This document shows, piece after piece, positions 1 through 10,721 of a stretch of DNA of 64,000 nt. The stretch is from contig CP060755.1 in the NCBI GenBank assembly GCA_023205875.1, forward strand, positions 558,001 to 622,000. The letters are read 5' to 3'. The position numbers and the translations under genes are program-made. How positions within the stretch are numbered: the first letter of the stretch is position 1; every line of letters begins with the position of its first letter. Under the pieces are notes generated by a model that searched no databases, was not told the DNA's origin, and saw nothing but the letters and a program-made list of their open reading frames with translations. Source of the stretch: Chloropicon primus (taxonomy: Eukaryota).

Positions 1-118
1 CGGGGCCAAGGGGACGGAGCCAGAGGTCATGCGTTGGTCCATCAGTTCGTTGCGTTAGCACTTTCGTTGGTGGCACGAAGGAAGGTCGAGTTGTGACGTT
101 GTGGAGAGGGAGGAGACC

Positions 119-1768
119 ATGGCGGACAGCACGATGTTCGGGTACAACCTCGGGATACCTCGGTTGGGGATGCCGTTGGAGGCGGTGAGTGGTGTCGAGG
201 AGAAGGAGAAAGCGCCTTTGGTGCCCGCAGAGAAGGGCGTTGAAGACGAAGGAAGCGAAGGGACTCCTCGGACTTCTGAAGACTATGAGGACAACATCCC
301 GACGAAAATAGGGGGACACTTCCCAACTTCGAGGGAAGCGAATGCCACGCACAAGGAGAACTTCGAGTTCGCCTGTGGCGTGCTGAAGGACTGGTTCTCG
401 ACGATCAGGACGCCCAAAGACATGGCACGTAACGTCAGCCTGGTGACGCGGTGTTCGGTGCAGATGCTGTGCATGCACGACAATTACTTGGCAGAGGCGA
501 TACACGCCGTGTGCAACAACGGCGGGCCAATGTACAGAAAGGGCTGCTTCGCGCGTGACATGCTGAGCTTCATGCTCACTGTGAAGAAGGTACACCCGAT
601 GCTGGAGAACTTCTTCCTCTCGGAGAGGCTGGAGCTGCCCGACGACTCGAAGAGGATGGTCGTGGTAGACTTTCTCGGGGACGACAACCCAACAAAGATC
701 TTCAAGAAGGCCGTGACGGAGGGTACGACGAGCTCTTTCAGCGTCTACTCGCTGAAGAAATGCAACCAGCAGATCAAGGAATGGAAGAAAATGGGGAAGC
801 GTGAGCCGCTGACTTGGGGTAAGGGGCAGAATCTGGTGGCACAGGCAAAGAGGCTGAAGCAGGTGATCGAGAATCAGTTCAGGTACCGCGCGGACTGCGA
901 GGTGCTAGTGATGCTCAAGTGCAGCACGATGTCATCCGAGTACGGCTTCCCCTTCGTAAGCACCTTTGACTTGGAGATGGCCATGGGGCTGAAGCGGCTA
1001 AACGTGGAGGGTCCTCCTTCCTTCCTGCCCTTCCGCTTCAATATGCTGAGGCGGTTCAACTTCGTGAAGAGCGTCGTCGGGCCCGACAGCTACCGAGGCC
1101 CGACCGAATCATTGGAGCTGGACTTGTCCCACGAGGACAAGCAGCTCAGGTTTGCCACCGACTTGCTGGAAGAGTGGTTTAGAAGGATAAGGATACAGGA
1201 CGACGTGTTCGATTATCCATCGGTCGCTTCTAGACTTGTGAACGAGGTGTTGACGTTAGGGGAACACCAATACCTTGCGAAAGCCTTTGAGGAGCTCATG
1301 AAAAAATCCGAGAAAAAAGCCATGAAGTTCAGGAAAGGAAGCTTTTCCAGGGATTACATGAACTTCCTGCTCATGGCCAAGGAGGTGCAACGTTTGTGCG
1401 ACGAAAACTGGGAGGTGCTGCGCAAAAAGATCCCAGAAGGCACGAAAAGGCTGGTCGTCTTGGACTACAAGTGCGAGGATAATCCAGATGAAGTCTTTCA
1501 GAAGGAGATATGCAAGGCAAAGACCAATGCCAAGCCCTTCTTTTGCTTCAGTCCAGAGATCATCAACAACCTCCTTGGGGACCCGATGTTTGTCGGCAAG
1601 AGGGTCGAGTGCAACCTCCTCAAGCTGGGCATTCTCACTTCGTTCAAGGACTGCGACGACGGCGCGGTTCTGATAATGCACCAAGACAACATTCTGAGTG
1701 TGAGGCACGCGTTCCCCTTTGATGCAACCCTCCCCCTTCAACGAAGGGAAAGTGCCAGAGTTGCTTGA
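119..1768 (+). CDS. Hypothetical protein built from two tandem copies of an unknown ~200-aa domain
   Basis: Long ORF, first ATG at 119. The two halves align by eye: FACGVLKDWF..YLAEA..RKGCFARD..KRMVVVDF..DNP..FPF versus FATDLLEEWF..YLAKA..RKGSFSRD..KRLVVLDY..DNP..FPF. Confidence 0.75.
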   Translation: MADSTMFGYNLGIPRLGMPLEAVSGVEEKEKAPLVPAEKGVEDEGSEGTPRTSEDYEDNIPTKIGGHFPTSREANATHKENFEFACGVLKDWFSTIRTPKDMARNVSLVTRCSVQMLCMHDNYLAEAIHAVCNNGGPMYRKGCFARDMLSFMLTVKKVHPMLENFFLSERLELPDDSKRMVVVDFLGDDNPTKIFKKAVTEGTTSSFSVYSLKKCNQQIKEWKKMGKREPLTWGKGQNLVAQAKRLKQVIENQFRYRADCEVLVMLKCSTMSSEYGFPFVSTFDLEMAMGLKRLNVEGPPSFLPFRFNMLRRFNFVKSVVGPDSYRGPTESLELDLSHEDKQLRFATDLLEEWFRRIRIQDDVFDYPSVASRLVNEVLTLGEHQYLAKAFEELMKKSEKKAMKFRKGSFSRDYMNFLLMAKEVQRLCDENWEVLRKKIPEGTKRLVVLDYKCEDNPDEVFQKEICKAKTNAKPFFCFSPEIINNLLGDPMFVGKRVECNLLKLGILTSFKDCDDGAVLIMHQDNILSVRHAFPFDATLPLQRRESARVA

Positions 1769-1878
1769 ATTTTTGACCACGAGCCATGCCTCGATGGGCT
1801 CGTCGCCATTGGTTGTTATTGATCGCTCAGTGTAAAACTGTTGGCGCTAACAACGCGCCCTTGTATAACAAGAAAAGT

Positions 1879-4491
1879 TTAAGGCCTCTTACCGCTTGAA
1901 ACAGAGCCGATACGCTCTGCCGCGTCTTCCAGCAGAGATGAAGCAAACCGGAGGGCAGCTGTCTGAATTCCCGGAGCTAGCTCGATCGCTAGTTCAACGG
2001 CTTCCTGGCTCGGCAGCTGCAAAAGATTGATGTTGCTATCGGCAGCCTCCTTGTCCTGCTCTTTTCCCCTGGGCTTTGACAGAGCCTCGTTAATGATTGA
2101 CGCGACCTCAAAAGCGTCACTGTCTTTTCCCCCCACCGACGCCAAAGACTCAAGTCCAGGCTCAACGAAACCCTGGATCGGGATCGGGAGCGGCATGGCT
2201 TTGACCGCATCATTCATCACCGTCGCAATAGTGGCGCCGCTCAACCTTGCCATTTCCTTGAGCATAATGTCCTGCAAAGGACCGCCTTCAGGAGCAAACG
2301 CGACTCGAAGGGCCTCCTTCACACCCACCGGCATTGAGCCTGGCTCTGCTGGAGCGACGTCGTCTGTCATCACCGAATACTCTCCGAACGCCTGAGCCAG
2401 CTGCTTTGCTTGCTCCACGGAAAGTTTGGTCCCGTTCTCACCGTAAAGCATGCATTTCAGGGCTTTGGAGGTTGCCTCGCTTCTGTCCGTGAGGAGCCTC
2501 CTGGCCACGAACGGGAAAGCCTCCGATGCGAGAGAGTATGACGGGTCAGTGGCGAGGCCAATCCCCTCGAGAACTGAGAATGATCGCAGAATGTAGGCGA
2601 AATAGGTTGGAATCGTGAAGATGTTCCCGTACTGCTTCTGCACTCCTTCCAGATCTCGTGAGAGTTGCCCCACTTTGCTGTTTTCGCCTCCCGTCATCTC
2701 GATGAAGGCATCACGTCTGAGGAGCTCCGTCTCCTTCTTGGTCTTCCCTTTGATCTTGCGGATCTCCCTCCCCAGCTCCCTCAGCTCCTCATCCGACTGG
2801 TCGAACCCGAGCTCCTTTCGAAATCCTCCCGCTCCCCCTCCCGCAGCCGCGGCGGCGAAGATGGTCCCGATCGCTCGAGTCAGCTTTGCGTCCTTTAGCG
2901 CACCAAGCTTTTCTTGAGGAACGAAACCCATTTCCTTCAAGTCCTGGTCTATCAGATCGTAATCTGACGAGCACAGGTGCGCTATGAAGGTAAGGATCGC
3001 TCGTCTTTGATCGCCGGTCACCGGTGTGACGAGGCCCCAGTCCAGTACGGCTATCTTGCCATCCGGCGTTACCAGTAGATTTCCAGGGTGCGGATCGGCG
3101 TGGAGGACACCGGTCTCCAGCAGCATGGCAAGATAGCTCGACAGGGTCAACGCGCACAGTCTGCCTCTTTCTTCGGCCCCCACCTGGTCTATCCGTTTCC
3201 CGTCGATCCACTCCGTGACGAGCACCCGTCGCGACGACAAGTCCTCGAAAACCGCAGGGGCAAAAACACTGGTCGAAAGGGAGCTGAGGGAATCGCGAGT
3301 TGTCATCTCTCTTTGAAATTGCGTCGCGTTTCGAGCCTCCAACCTGTAGTCGAGCTCCTCGACAAATCGAGTGCCCCATTCGTCCACCAAGCCCTTGGCG
3401 TCCAAGTTCCCGCCCTCCCCCTCGTTTATTCGGTAAAGGACTGGGCCAATCAATCGGATGATGGCAACGTCCAGAGAGACCGCACAGAGGGCGCCCGGCC
3501 GCTGCACTTTCACGGCGATCTTTTCGCCGGACACTTTATCCACAGCTTCGTACACTTGGCCAAGGGACGCGCTGGCGACTGGGGACGGACTGAGGAAGTC
3601 CAATCGGGAGAACGCTTCCTGTCCTATCTCGCGAGCAATCAGCCTCATCGCGATGTCATCCCCGTACGGAGGCACCGCGTCCTGCAGCGTTTGGAGCTGT
3701 TCGATGTAAGGCTTCGGAAGCAAGTCTTGCCTAGAGGAGAGAACCTGCCCAAGCTTCACGTACGTGGGCCCCAAACGAATGAGAATGCTCCGAAGTTGGC
3801 TGGCCCTCTTTGCATCCGTCGCCGCCTTGGCGTCCTCGTCGTCCTCCGGCCTTCGATTCAGCTTGGCATCCACGATCAGCTGCGCGGACCAGAAGCCTAG
3901 GAGCAAGGAGGACCTCCAACCTCGCTTGATCAGAGAAGCCGGGCGCCGCAGAAAGTATTCTCTCGATACCTCTGGGTCGTATGTCTTGAGCTCCTCCGGC
4001 TCCTTCTCGCTCTCCTCGGCGGCCAAGCGTGCCCACTCATCGTTCGCGCCTTTGCCGTCCGTTCCATTCAGGCTGGCGAAGAACACCGCGGTGAGCAGGA
4101 AGGCAAAGCCGGAGACTGTGGCCTCGGGTGGAGCAAGCCCAGCCCCTCCCGAGGGGAAGGCACTCTCGACGTCCTGCCACTCCGGCAAAGGAATCCACAA
4201 CGGGATCAGCGAGTACAGCTTGAACAGCGCCTGAAGGCAGAGCTCCCGACCCAGCTCCAGGCCCCAACCCGGGGAGAGGTCCTCCTGACCAGGAAGAGGG
4301 CCGGCCCGCGTGATGATGGCTTCCACGCTCCTCGCGAGGCCTTCAGGCAAGCTCTCGAGAGGGGTGGCTCGCACCCTGAGTTTGGACGCCCTCCTCGACC
4401 CCTCGCGCCTCCGGGAGCACTCCCCCGCGCGACAGCGTGAAGCGCTGCTCCCTCGCACAGGCAGCAGCAGGTTTCGTGTCGTCGTCCACAT
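1879..4491 (-). CDS. ABC1K: ABC1/COQ8/UbiB-family atypical kinase, probably plastid-targeted (ABC1K)
   Basis: Motifs LGPTYVKLGQVLSSRQDLLP, PVASASLGQVY, IAVKVQRP, EELDYRLEARN and HADPHPGN; Arg/Ser-rich transit-like N-terminus. Confidence 0.92.
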   Translation of the reverse strand: MWTTTRNLLLPVRGSSASRCRAGECSRRREGSRRASKLRVRATPLESLPEGLARSVEAIITRAGPLPGQEDLSPGWGLELGRELCLQALFKLYSLIPLWIPLPEWQDVESAFPSGGAGLAPPEATVSGFAFLLTAVFFASLNGTDGKGANDEWARLAAEESEKEPEELKTYDPEVSREYFLRRPASLIKRGWRSSLLLGFWSAQLIVDAKLNRRPEDDEDAKAATDAKRASQLRSILIRLGPTYVKLGQVLSSRQDLLPKPYIEQLQTLQDAVPPYGDDIAMRLIAREIGQEAFSRLDFLSPSPVASASLGQVYEAVDKVSGEKIAVKVQRPGALCAVSLDVAIIRLIGPVLYRINEGEGGNLDAKGLVDEWGTRFVEELDYRLEARNATQFQREMTTRDSLSSLSTSVFAPAVFEDLSSRRVLVTEWIDGKRIDQVGAEERGRLCALTLSSYLAMLLETGVLHADPHPGNLLVTPDGKIAVLDWGLVTPVTGDQRRAILTFIAHLCSSDYDLIDQDLKEMGFVPQEKLGALKDAKLTRAIGTIFAAAAAGGGAGGFRKELGFDQSDEELRELGREIRKIKGKTKKETELLRRDAFIEMTGGENSKVGQLSRDLEGVQKQYGNIFTIPTYFAYILRSFSVLEGIGLATDPSYSLASEAFPFVARRLLTDRSEATSKALKCMLYGENGTKLSVEQAKQLAQAFGEYSVMTDDVAPAEPGSMPVGVKEALRVAFAPEGGPLQDIMLKEMARLSGATIATVMNDAVKAMPLPIPIQGFVEPGLESLASVGGKDSDAFEVASIINEALSKPRGKEQDKEAADSNINLLQLPSQEAVELAIELAPGIQTAALRFASSLLEDAAERIGSVSSGKRP

Positions 4492-4857
4492 CCTTCGCTT
4501 GTTTTTGACCCCAAAACTGGGTGGATTCTTTCAAGCGAGAGGTCGAGAGAAAGAGAAACAGACGACGGTTCGTCGTGTTCGACGCTCTTTCGCCTCCACA
4601 CACGCACTCGCCCTCCCTCTTCGCCCGTGCCCCGACGCACAACCTCTGGCTAGCGAGAGGTGTCTCGCGACCACAAACGCAGGGAGATCAAAATCCAGCT
4701 GGCGAGAGATCTTGATCTTTGTCTTGAGAGGGGCGAGCCCGAGAGAGGCACAGACGACGAGAGGTGTCCAACATCCATGGATTATTGGTGTGTGGAACAA
4801 TGCCGAACGGTGTTGGTTGTGTTACTATTATTATTGTTGTTGGGATTAGGAAGGCTT

Positions 4858-7551
4858 TTAACGGCCGTTCGATGCATGGTTGCTTGGGAGGAGGGGCGGA
4901 GGGTCGTGGCCTATCGCGATTCCGGGAAGGACCTCGTCGTACTTGCTCTTCTTCTTCTGCTGCTGCTCGTGTCCATGGATCGATACGACGTGGCGGTCCC
5001 AGTCGAAGCTGGGGAGCTCGAGGGACTCAAAGTGGGCAATCTCGCTGTCCACCGTGGAGAGCATGTTCCAGGTCAAGCTCAGTATGGTGTGGAGCTTTTG
5101 CATCTCGGCCTTCTCCTTCTTGTCCGTAGCCTTGTTTTGGAGGTCCAACTCGTGGTTCTTCAGGGCCTTGAACGTCTTCGACAAGCTCTCGTACTTCTTC
5201 TCCAGCTTCTCGATTTGCTCCTCGTACCCGTGCTTGACCACTTCGAACTTCTTCTGGTCGTGCTCTCTCAGCTTGGCCTCCTCCCCCATTCGGCGCTGGA
5301 AACCGCTCTCCTTCTCCTGGGCTTCCGCCTTGAGCCGCTTCGCAATTTGCTGCACCTTCTCCTCGTACTTCTCCTGAAGCTGCTGCAGCTTTCTGGCCTC
5401 GTCCGCCCTAATCTCGCGCTCCCGGCTCTTCATGGCGCGCTCAAAGTCTTCCTGCATGGTGTGGCGCATGTGATCGTACTCCCCCCTGATCTCCTTTAGC
5501 CGCCCACTCTCGCCCGACCTCAATTGCTTTTCCAGGGCCTCGATCCTCCTCTCGTACCCCTGCCTCATTTCGTGCATCTCTTCCGCCAGACCCTGCTGCA
5601 TGCTGGCCTCCTTCTTGTCGAACCCCTGCTTCAACACTTCAAACCTCTTGTCATTGTAATCGCTTTTCTTTGCCTGCTCCTGAAGGAGCAAGTCGATCTT
5701 CTTCTGGTACTCCTTGTCCCGCTGGCGCATCTGCTTCTGAAACTCAAGCTCCCTCTCGCGCATCTTTTGGTCAAAGCCGGCCCCGTCTTGCACGGCCACG
5801 GGAGCAGCTGCCACGGGAGCTGGAGCTGGAGCCGCAGCCTTGCGGTCCACCTTGCTCTTGCTCGTGCTCATCGTTGGCAGTGGGGGGGGCTCCAAGTCCT
5901 CTTCTGCCATCTGTGCGTCCAAAGAAATAGCCCTTGTCCGTGGCTTGGCCTCATCAGTCTGAGCCTGCTTGAGCTGCCTCGCAAGGGTCTCTTCAATGGA
6001 TTCCTCACTCGCCTCCTGCGGCGGGAGGAAGATGCTCCTCGACGAGTGCGTGATCATGGAGTCGCTTTGCCTCGATCCCCTTTCTCGAGGACCAGGGCTC
6101 GCCTCCACGGCGTCGATCTCTGGGTTTGCAGGTCCAGGTGTCCCGACGAAAGAGTGTCGCAGAGCACTTGGGCGCCTGTTGCTCCGATTCAGGCGGATCG
6201 GGGGAGGAGAGTAATCCTCCTCGCTCGAATCACTCTCCTCCATGACGTACTCGTCCGGCAGTCTTGCAGACGGCTCGGAACCCTCCCCCTCACTCGTTCC
6301 CTGGCTCGCATCATTCTCAGCGTCATCGTCGGCGTCAGCAGTCGCCGGCTTCTCCTGGAAGAGGAATAGGGAAACCCTCTTCTCGAAAGTCGCCTCATCT
6401 TCTTCAGATGATGTCTTCGGGGAGTCTTCAGCCGCCCCCTCCTGTTTGTTGTCAGCGGCAGGTAGTTGCAAAAAGTTTGGTTGGGTCACATCGACGTGAT
6501 CGAGGCTTGGAGTCCGAGCGACCTGTGCAGCGTCTTCGAGTTCCTCCTCCTTCCCTTCCGTGCCGTCCGGCAACTGAAAGAAAGTGGGCTCAGTCACATC
6601 GGTGTTGTCCACGCTCGATCTATGCCTTAGCTCCTCTTGCTTCATCATCGCATCCAAAGAGGGAGCCTTCCTCCGTGTTTTCACCTCAGGAGGCTTGTCC
6701 AAAGAGGGCGAAGCTTGTTCTGCTTCCTCCTCTGAGGTGGTGGAGTCGCTGCGGCCATCAACGAGGATGCTAGCAGCAGCAAGGAAGTGGTCGCTCGCTG
6801 GAGATGACCCCGTCCGTTCGTTTCTGTCTCTCTCCGAAGCCGTGTTCACAGAAGAAACTTCCTCCCTCGTTCCCTCCTCCGCTCCTCCGGCTTCGTCTTC
6901 AGTTGCCGCAGAACCAGAAGACTCCTCTGCCCTTGGAGAGTCGTGCGGTTGGCCAACGATCTCTTCCTCTTCCTCCGAGGAAGACGACTCTGCTGCGGGC
7001 TGTGGCTGCTGTGGTTCCTCCTCCACCTTCTTGCCGCTGGCTTGGTCACTTCCTGCAGGGCCGTTGTCCTCGTTCTCCTCAGCTGCAGGCTCTTCCATGA
7101 TGGGCTTGTCAAAAGTAATCTGGCTGAACCGTTTCAGCAGCTTGCCTGTCTTCAGCTTACCATCACTGTTTATCAAGCTGTTTCTTCGGATGACAGCCTT
7201 TTCTGTGGACCCTTTGCCTCTAACCTTGGCTGCTTTGATGAGGGTGTCAGCCTCATTAACGAAGGCTTTGACCTTGATCTCCGTAGAGAAGAAGAAGAGG
7301 AACTCTTGCTGCTCTCCAGGTCCATTGCCGTCTGTCAAGGTCCCCATGAACTTGACGCAGAGGTCTTCTTCTTCCACAACGAAGGCTTTCATGGGGTCGT
7401 GGGCCGAGAACACGAAAGCCTCCTTCAGAGTAGGGATGGTCAGGGTTATCACATTGTTCGGAGGAACCGTCTCCACGACCCCAACAAACTTCTTATCGTT
7501 CCCTGCTTGCAGGTCCTTGGCAAATATTCGAAAGATTTTGTTCGTGTTCAT
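4858..7551 (-). CDS. Hypothetical protein: N-terminal beta-rich (PH-like) domain, acidic disordered middle, C-terminal coiled coil
   Basis: ~897-aa ORF, ATG at 7551 (MNTNK). E/S/D-rich centre and a long E/K/Q heptad region. The PH-like call is inferred from the strand-then-helix pattern only. Confidence 0.7.
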   Translation of the reverse strand: MNTNKIFRIFAKDLQAGNDKKFVGVVETVPPNNVITLTIPTLKEAFVFSAHDPMKAFVVEEEDLCVKFMGTLTDGNGPGEQQEFLFFFSTEIKVKAFVNEADTLIKAAKVRGKGSTEKAVIRRNSLINSDGKLKTGKLLKRFSQITFDKPIMEEPAAEENEDNGPAGSDQASGKKVEEEPQQPQPAAESSSSEEEEEIVGQPHDSPRAEESSGSAATEDEAGGAEEGTREEVSSVNTASERDRNERTGSSPASDHFLAAASILVDGRSDSTTSEEEAEQASPSLDKPPEVKTRRKAPSLDAMMKQEELRHRSSVDNTDVTEPTFFQLPDGTEGKEEELEDAAQVARTPSLDHVDVTQPNFLQLPAADNKQEGAAEDSPKTSSEEDEATFEKRVSLFLFQEKPATADADDDAENDASQGTSEGEGSEPSARLPDEYVMEESDSSEEDYSPPPIRLNRSNRRPSALRHSFVGTPGPANPEIDAVEASPGPRERGSRQSDSMITHSSRSIFLPPQEASEESIEETLARQLKQAQTDEAKPRTRAISLDAQMAEEDLEPPPLPTMSTSKSKVDRKAAAPAPAPVAAAPVAVQDGAGFDQKMRERELEFQKQMRQRDKEYQKKIDLLLQEQAKKSDYNDKRFEVLKQGFDKKEASMQQGLAEEMHEMRQGYERRIEALEKQLRSGESGRLKEIRGEYDHMRHTMQEDFERAMKSREREIRADEARKLQQLQEKYEEKVQQIAKRLKAEAQEKESGFQRRMGEEAKLREHDQKKFEVVKHGYEEQIEKLEKKYESLSKTFKALKNHELDLQNKATDKKEKAEMQKLHTILSLTWNMLSTVDSEIAHFESLELPSFDWDRHVVSIHGHEQQQKKKSKYDEVLPGIAIGHDPPPLLPSNHASNGR

Positions 7552-8039
7552 CTTCGCCACACCAACCCTTCTCGTCCAATTTCTTCGTCACCGCTTGTGC
7601 GAGCAAACAAGGCTTCCTTCAATTCACATGCATGTTACTCGTCCCTCCCAAAGACTTCACCTTTGTCCCTTGACCTTGGTCTCTCTCCCCTCTCTCGCGC
7701 CCTGACGCTCAATCGCTCAATCGCCACGAGGAAACCAAACCTGTCAACGGAAAATTGAGGGAACGATGGCGATGGCGATGGATGGACAGAGAGGAGGGAG
7801 GGAGAGTGTTTGGGAGAAGAAGGGAATGCTGGGACGAAGACAAGCCTTTGTTGGTGCACCAGTATCAGCATTAGGGTCTAGGCGATGCCTCAAGACAGGG
7901 AATCTTGGGCGCACTCCAAGAGATGAAGTTTTTTTGTGGAGCTTTTGTGGCGGGGGAGAAGAAGTCCATCCACAATATGTGAGCAGTAGGTCGAACATTA
8001 ATGCTACTGTATTACAATGAGCACACCGGTTAGGGTGAA

Positions 8040-10184
8040 TCAAAAAACGCTGCCGTAATGGAGAGGGTTTTTGTCTCTGTACGGGGTGTCTAGGGTTCCT
8101 TCAGTGATGAGAAGGGCAGCAGTATCCCCGACGAGCTTCTGAGCTTGGTCCGCTGCAGAGTAGGCGTCGTTCAGCCTGCTTGCTGCGTCCTCTACCTTGA
8201 GGGCCTTCTTTATCCTGCCCACACTTGTCTGCATGTCATTCAACCTAAGTATGAGCCTTCCATTCATGAAAGCCAATTCGTCCCTCTCCTTCTCGAGCCT
8301 CATGACCTCGACTCTCGCGGCCCTCATGCTTTCTCTTTGCAGGACGTCTGGGTGCCTTGAAATGAGGTCCTTGGAGGCTGGCCCTCCCAGCTGCAATGCG
8401 TGAGCTAGCCTGGACTTTTGCCTCAAAACCTGTAGCTCCTCTTCGGCTGCCTTCAGCTTTCCCGACATTTCCATGCATTCGTTGTCCCTCATCCTCCTCA
8501 AAGCTGTCTCCTCTAGAAGCCTTTTCTCCAATGCGATGAGTCGTCTGTCCCTGTCGAAAAGAGCCTCCCTCATCCGAACGGCGTAAGACCTCGCCTTGGT
8601 CGCCTCGTGGGCCAGGGTCTCCACGTTAGCGCTCTTCACCGCACTTCCCGTCATCAAAGGAGACATGTTTGGCATGTCGTGCAGCGATGGCATCTTCAAA
8701 TCAGCTGGAGTGGGTGGCACAGACGGCGTGCCGCTGCTAGTCGCCTTGGCGTTCGAGGTCAGGTCCCTCATCACGCTCTCTGGGATAGGAGGGGGCGCGC
8801 TGGGCGATCCAGGTTCGGGTGGATTTCGTTGGAGCGCTGCTGGTGGCGGTGGTGGGGCCGCTGGTGCTGCCGGGGCCACCGCCTCCTCCTCCTCCATTGC
8901 TGGTGGGGCAGGAGGCGGAGCGGGGGCGGGGGGTGCGGCAGGCTTTGGTGGTGGCGTGGGTGGCGGTGGCGTGGGTGGCGGTGGCGTGGGTGGTGGTGGC
9001 GTGGGTGGTGGTGGCGTGGGTGGTGGTGGAGAGGCTGGCGGGGGGGCCGGTGCCTCCGGTGGGGGAGAAGCAGGCTTCGGCGGTGGTGGCGGTGCCTTCT
9101 CCACAGGTGGGTCAGGCCGAGCTGCTGGGGGCTGGGGTGCGGGCTTCGATGGAGTCGCTGGAGCTTCCCTGGCTTCCTTTTTCCCTCCCCCAAACCTCGT
9201 TGCAACTCCTTCCAAGTCGTTCAGGGCAACGTAAGCAGCCTTCTTCTCGTCCACCATCTGTGCGATCACGGGAAGGTCGCTCGCGTCCTTCACCCGAAGC
9301 AGCAGCTCCCTCTTGTCCTTCTGCGCCCTCTTGACCATCAGGACCAGCGTATTCTTCTTGCTCTGGTCGATCGCGCAGCTTATGAGCTGCTTGCCGTACA
9401 CAAAAGTTTCCTTCATCTTGTTCTGAGCGTGCTTGAGCATGACATTATCGGTGTTCACGATCAGCATCAATGGCATGCTCTGAGAGCTGTTCATGCTGTA
9501 AACTTCCACGTCGAACTCATTCTTGGCCTTCTTTGGCTTCTTGGAGAACATTCTGCCGAAGAGGCCAGCCTTCTTCACCTTCTCCTTCGTCTTCGGGGTG
9601 TTCGGGGCGCTCCCTGGAGCTGCTCCCTTCTTGGACGGCGTCTTGGCTGGGGTCTTCTTGGACGACGGGGTCTTCGGTGGTGGCGTCTTGGCCGGCGTCT
9701 TCGGTGGCGGAGCCGCAGGTTTCGCCTTGAGTACCGTTCCAGTCTTCTTCACGGCCTTCTGGAGCGTCTGTGTCGGGGTCGCCTCCTCCTTGGCTTTCTC
9801 GGCCAAGAACCTGCGAAAGAACGAAGAACAAAGCGTGAGCAAAACTTGGCAAGAGCAAGTCTCGAGTCTCTCTCCTTACCTGACAGTGTCATCAATTTCT
9901 TTGAGGATTCCCTTCATGGCCTCGGGGCTCTCCGCCCTCATCCTCAGGTCCTGCTTCCCCCTGGCCGTCTGCAAGGAAACGTCGAGGGAGGACTCATCCC
10001 CTGGATTCTGCGTCCTGTTGCTGGAGGGAAGCCACTTGAGCACCCTGCTGAACGGGAAGAGCTCCAAGGGCTCCCCATTCGCTTTCAGCAACTTGATTCC
10101 CTCTTGGATGATGGTTATCTTCACGGGTTGTTGCCGGCCTCCCGGTCCCACAAGAGCCACATTGTGAATCTCACTCGAAGACAT
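8040..10184 (-). CDS. Proline-rich protein with two putative PH/PTB-like domains and a C-terminal coiled coil (2 exons)
   Basis: Exon1 10184-9880, GT-AG intron 9879-9811, exon2 9810-8040; the join reads DTVR|FLAEK in frame. Poly-Pro tract with (PPPPT)n. Confidence 0.75.
8948..9030. repeat. Coding 15-bp tandem repeat encoding (PPPPT)n
   Basis: About 5 near-identical GGTGGCGTGGGTGGY units. Confidence 0.8.
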
Positions 10185-10393
10185 CTCGACAGACACAACA
10201 ACCTCACAACCGCAGGGTCAACCCCAAGCAGGGCAACCAACCCAAACAATAAACCTAGAGCCTTTGCTCCCTCCCTTTCAGTGCTTGTACGCTCCAGTCA
10301 ACCCCCTTGGCAACCAAGGCAACCAACCAAGCAATCAAGCTAGAGCCTTTGAGCTCCTCCTGGCAATGGCGTATGTTTCAGAGCCAAGATTAT

Positions 10394-10469
10394 TATAAAA
10401 GCTTCCTGAGGGCTGCAACGGTCAATTCCTCGAGTGACGTTACTTTTCCTAATTCATCGAGTGACGTTA
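10394..10469. promoter_or_regulatory. TATA-like box plus a duplicated 19-bp element containing TGACGT in a divergent promoter
   Basis: TATAAAA at 10394-10400; AATTCCTCGAGTGACGTTA (10424-10442) and AATTCATCGAGTGACGTTA (10451-10469). Confidence 0.45.
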
Positions 10470-10721
10470 AATTATCCCAATAAAAGGAATTGGATTGGAG
10501 AAGCATAACGCAGGGGTCGAGGGCGAGCGAGGGGCGTGTTTTCGAGGCCAGGTGGAGGACGACGGAGGTTACAGGAGAAAGAGAGAGGCGTGTGAGGTGA
10601 ACATACGTCTCAAGGGCTTTCGTTTGAGCCGTAGATCGAAGGGTTTGGCGTGAATTGGAGGCCCCTATCCATCATTTGAGGAAGGGAGGTCTGCAGGGGA
10701 GAGGAGGAGTTGGTTGGCGGT

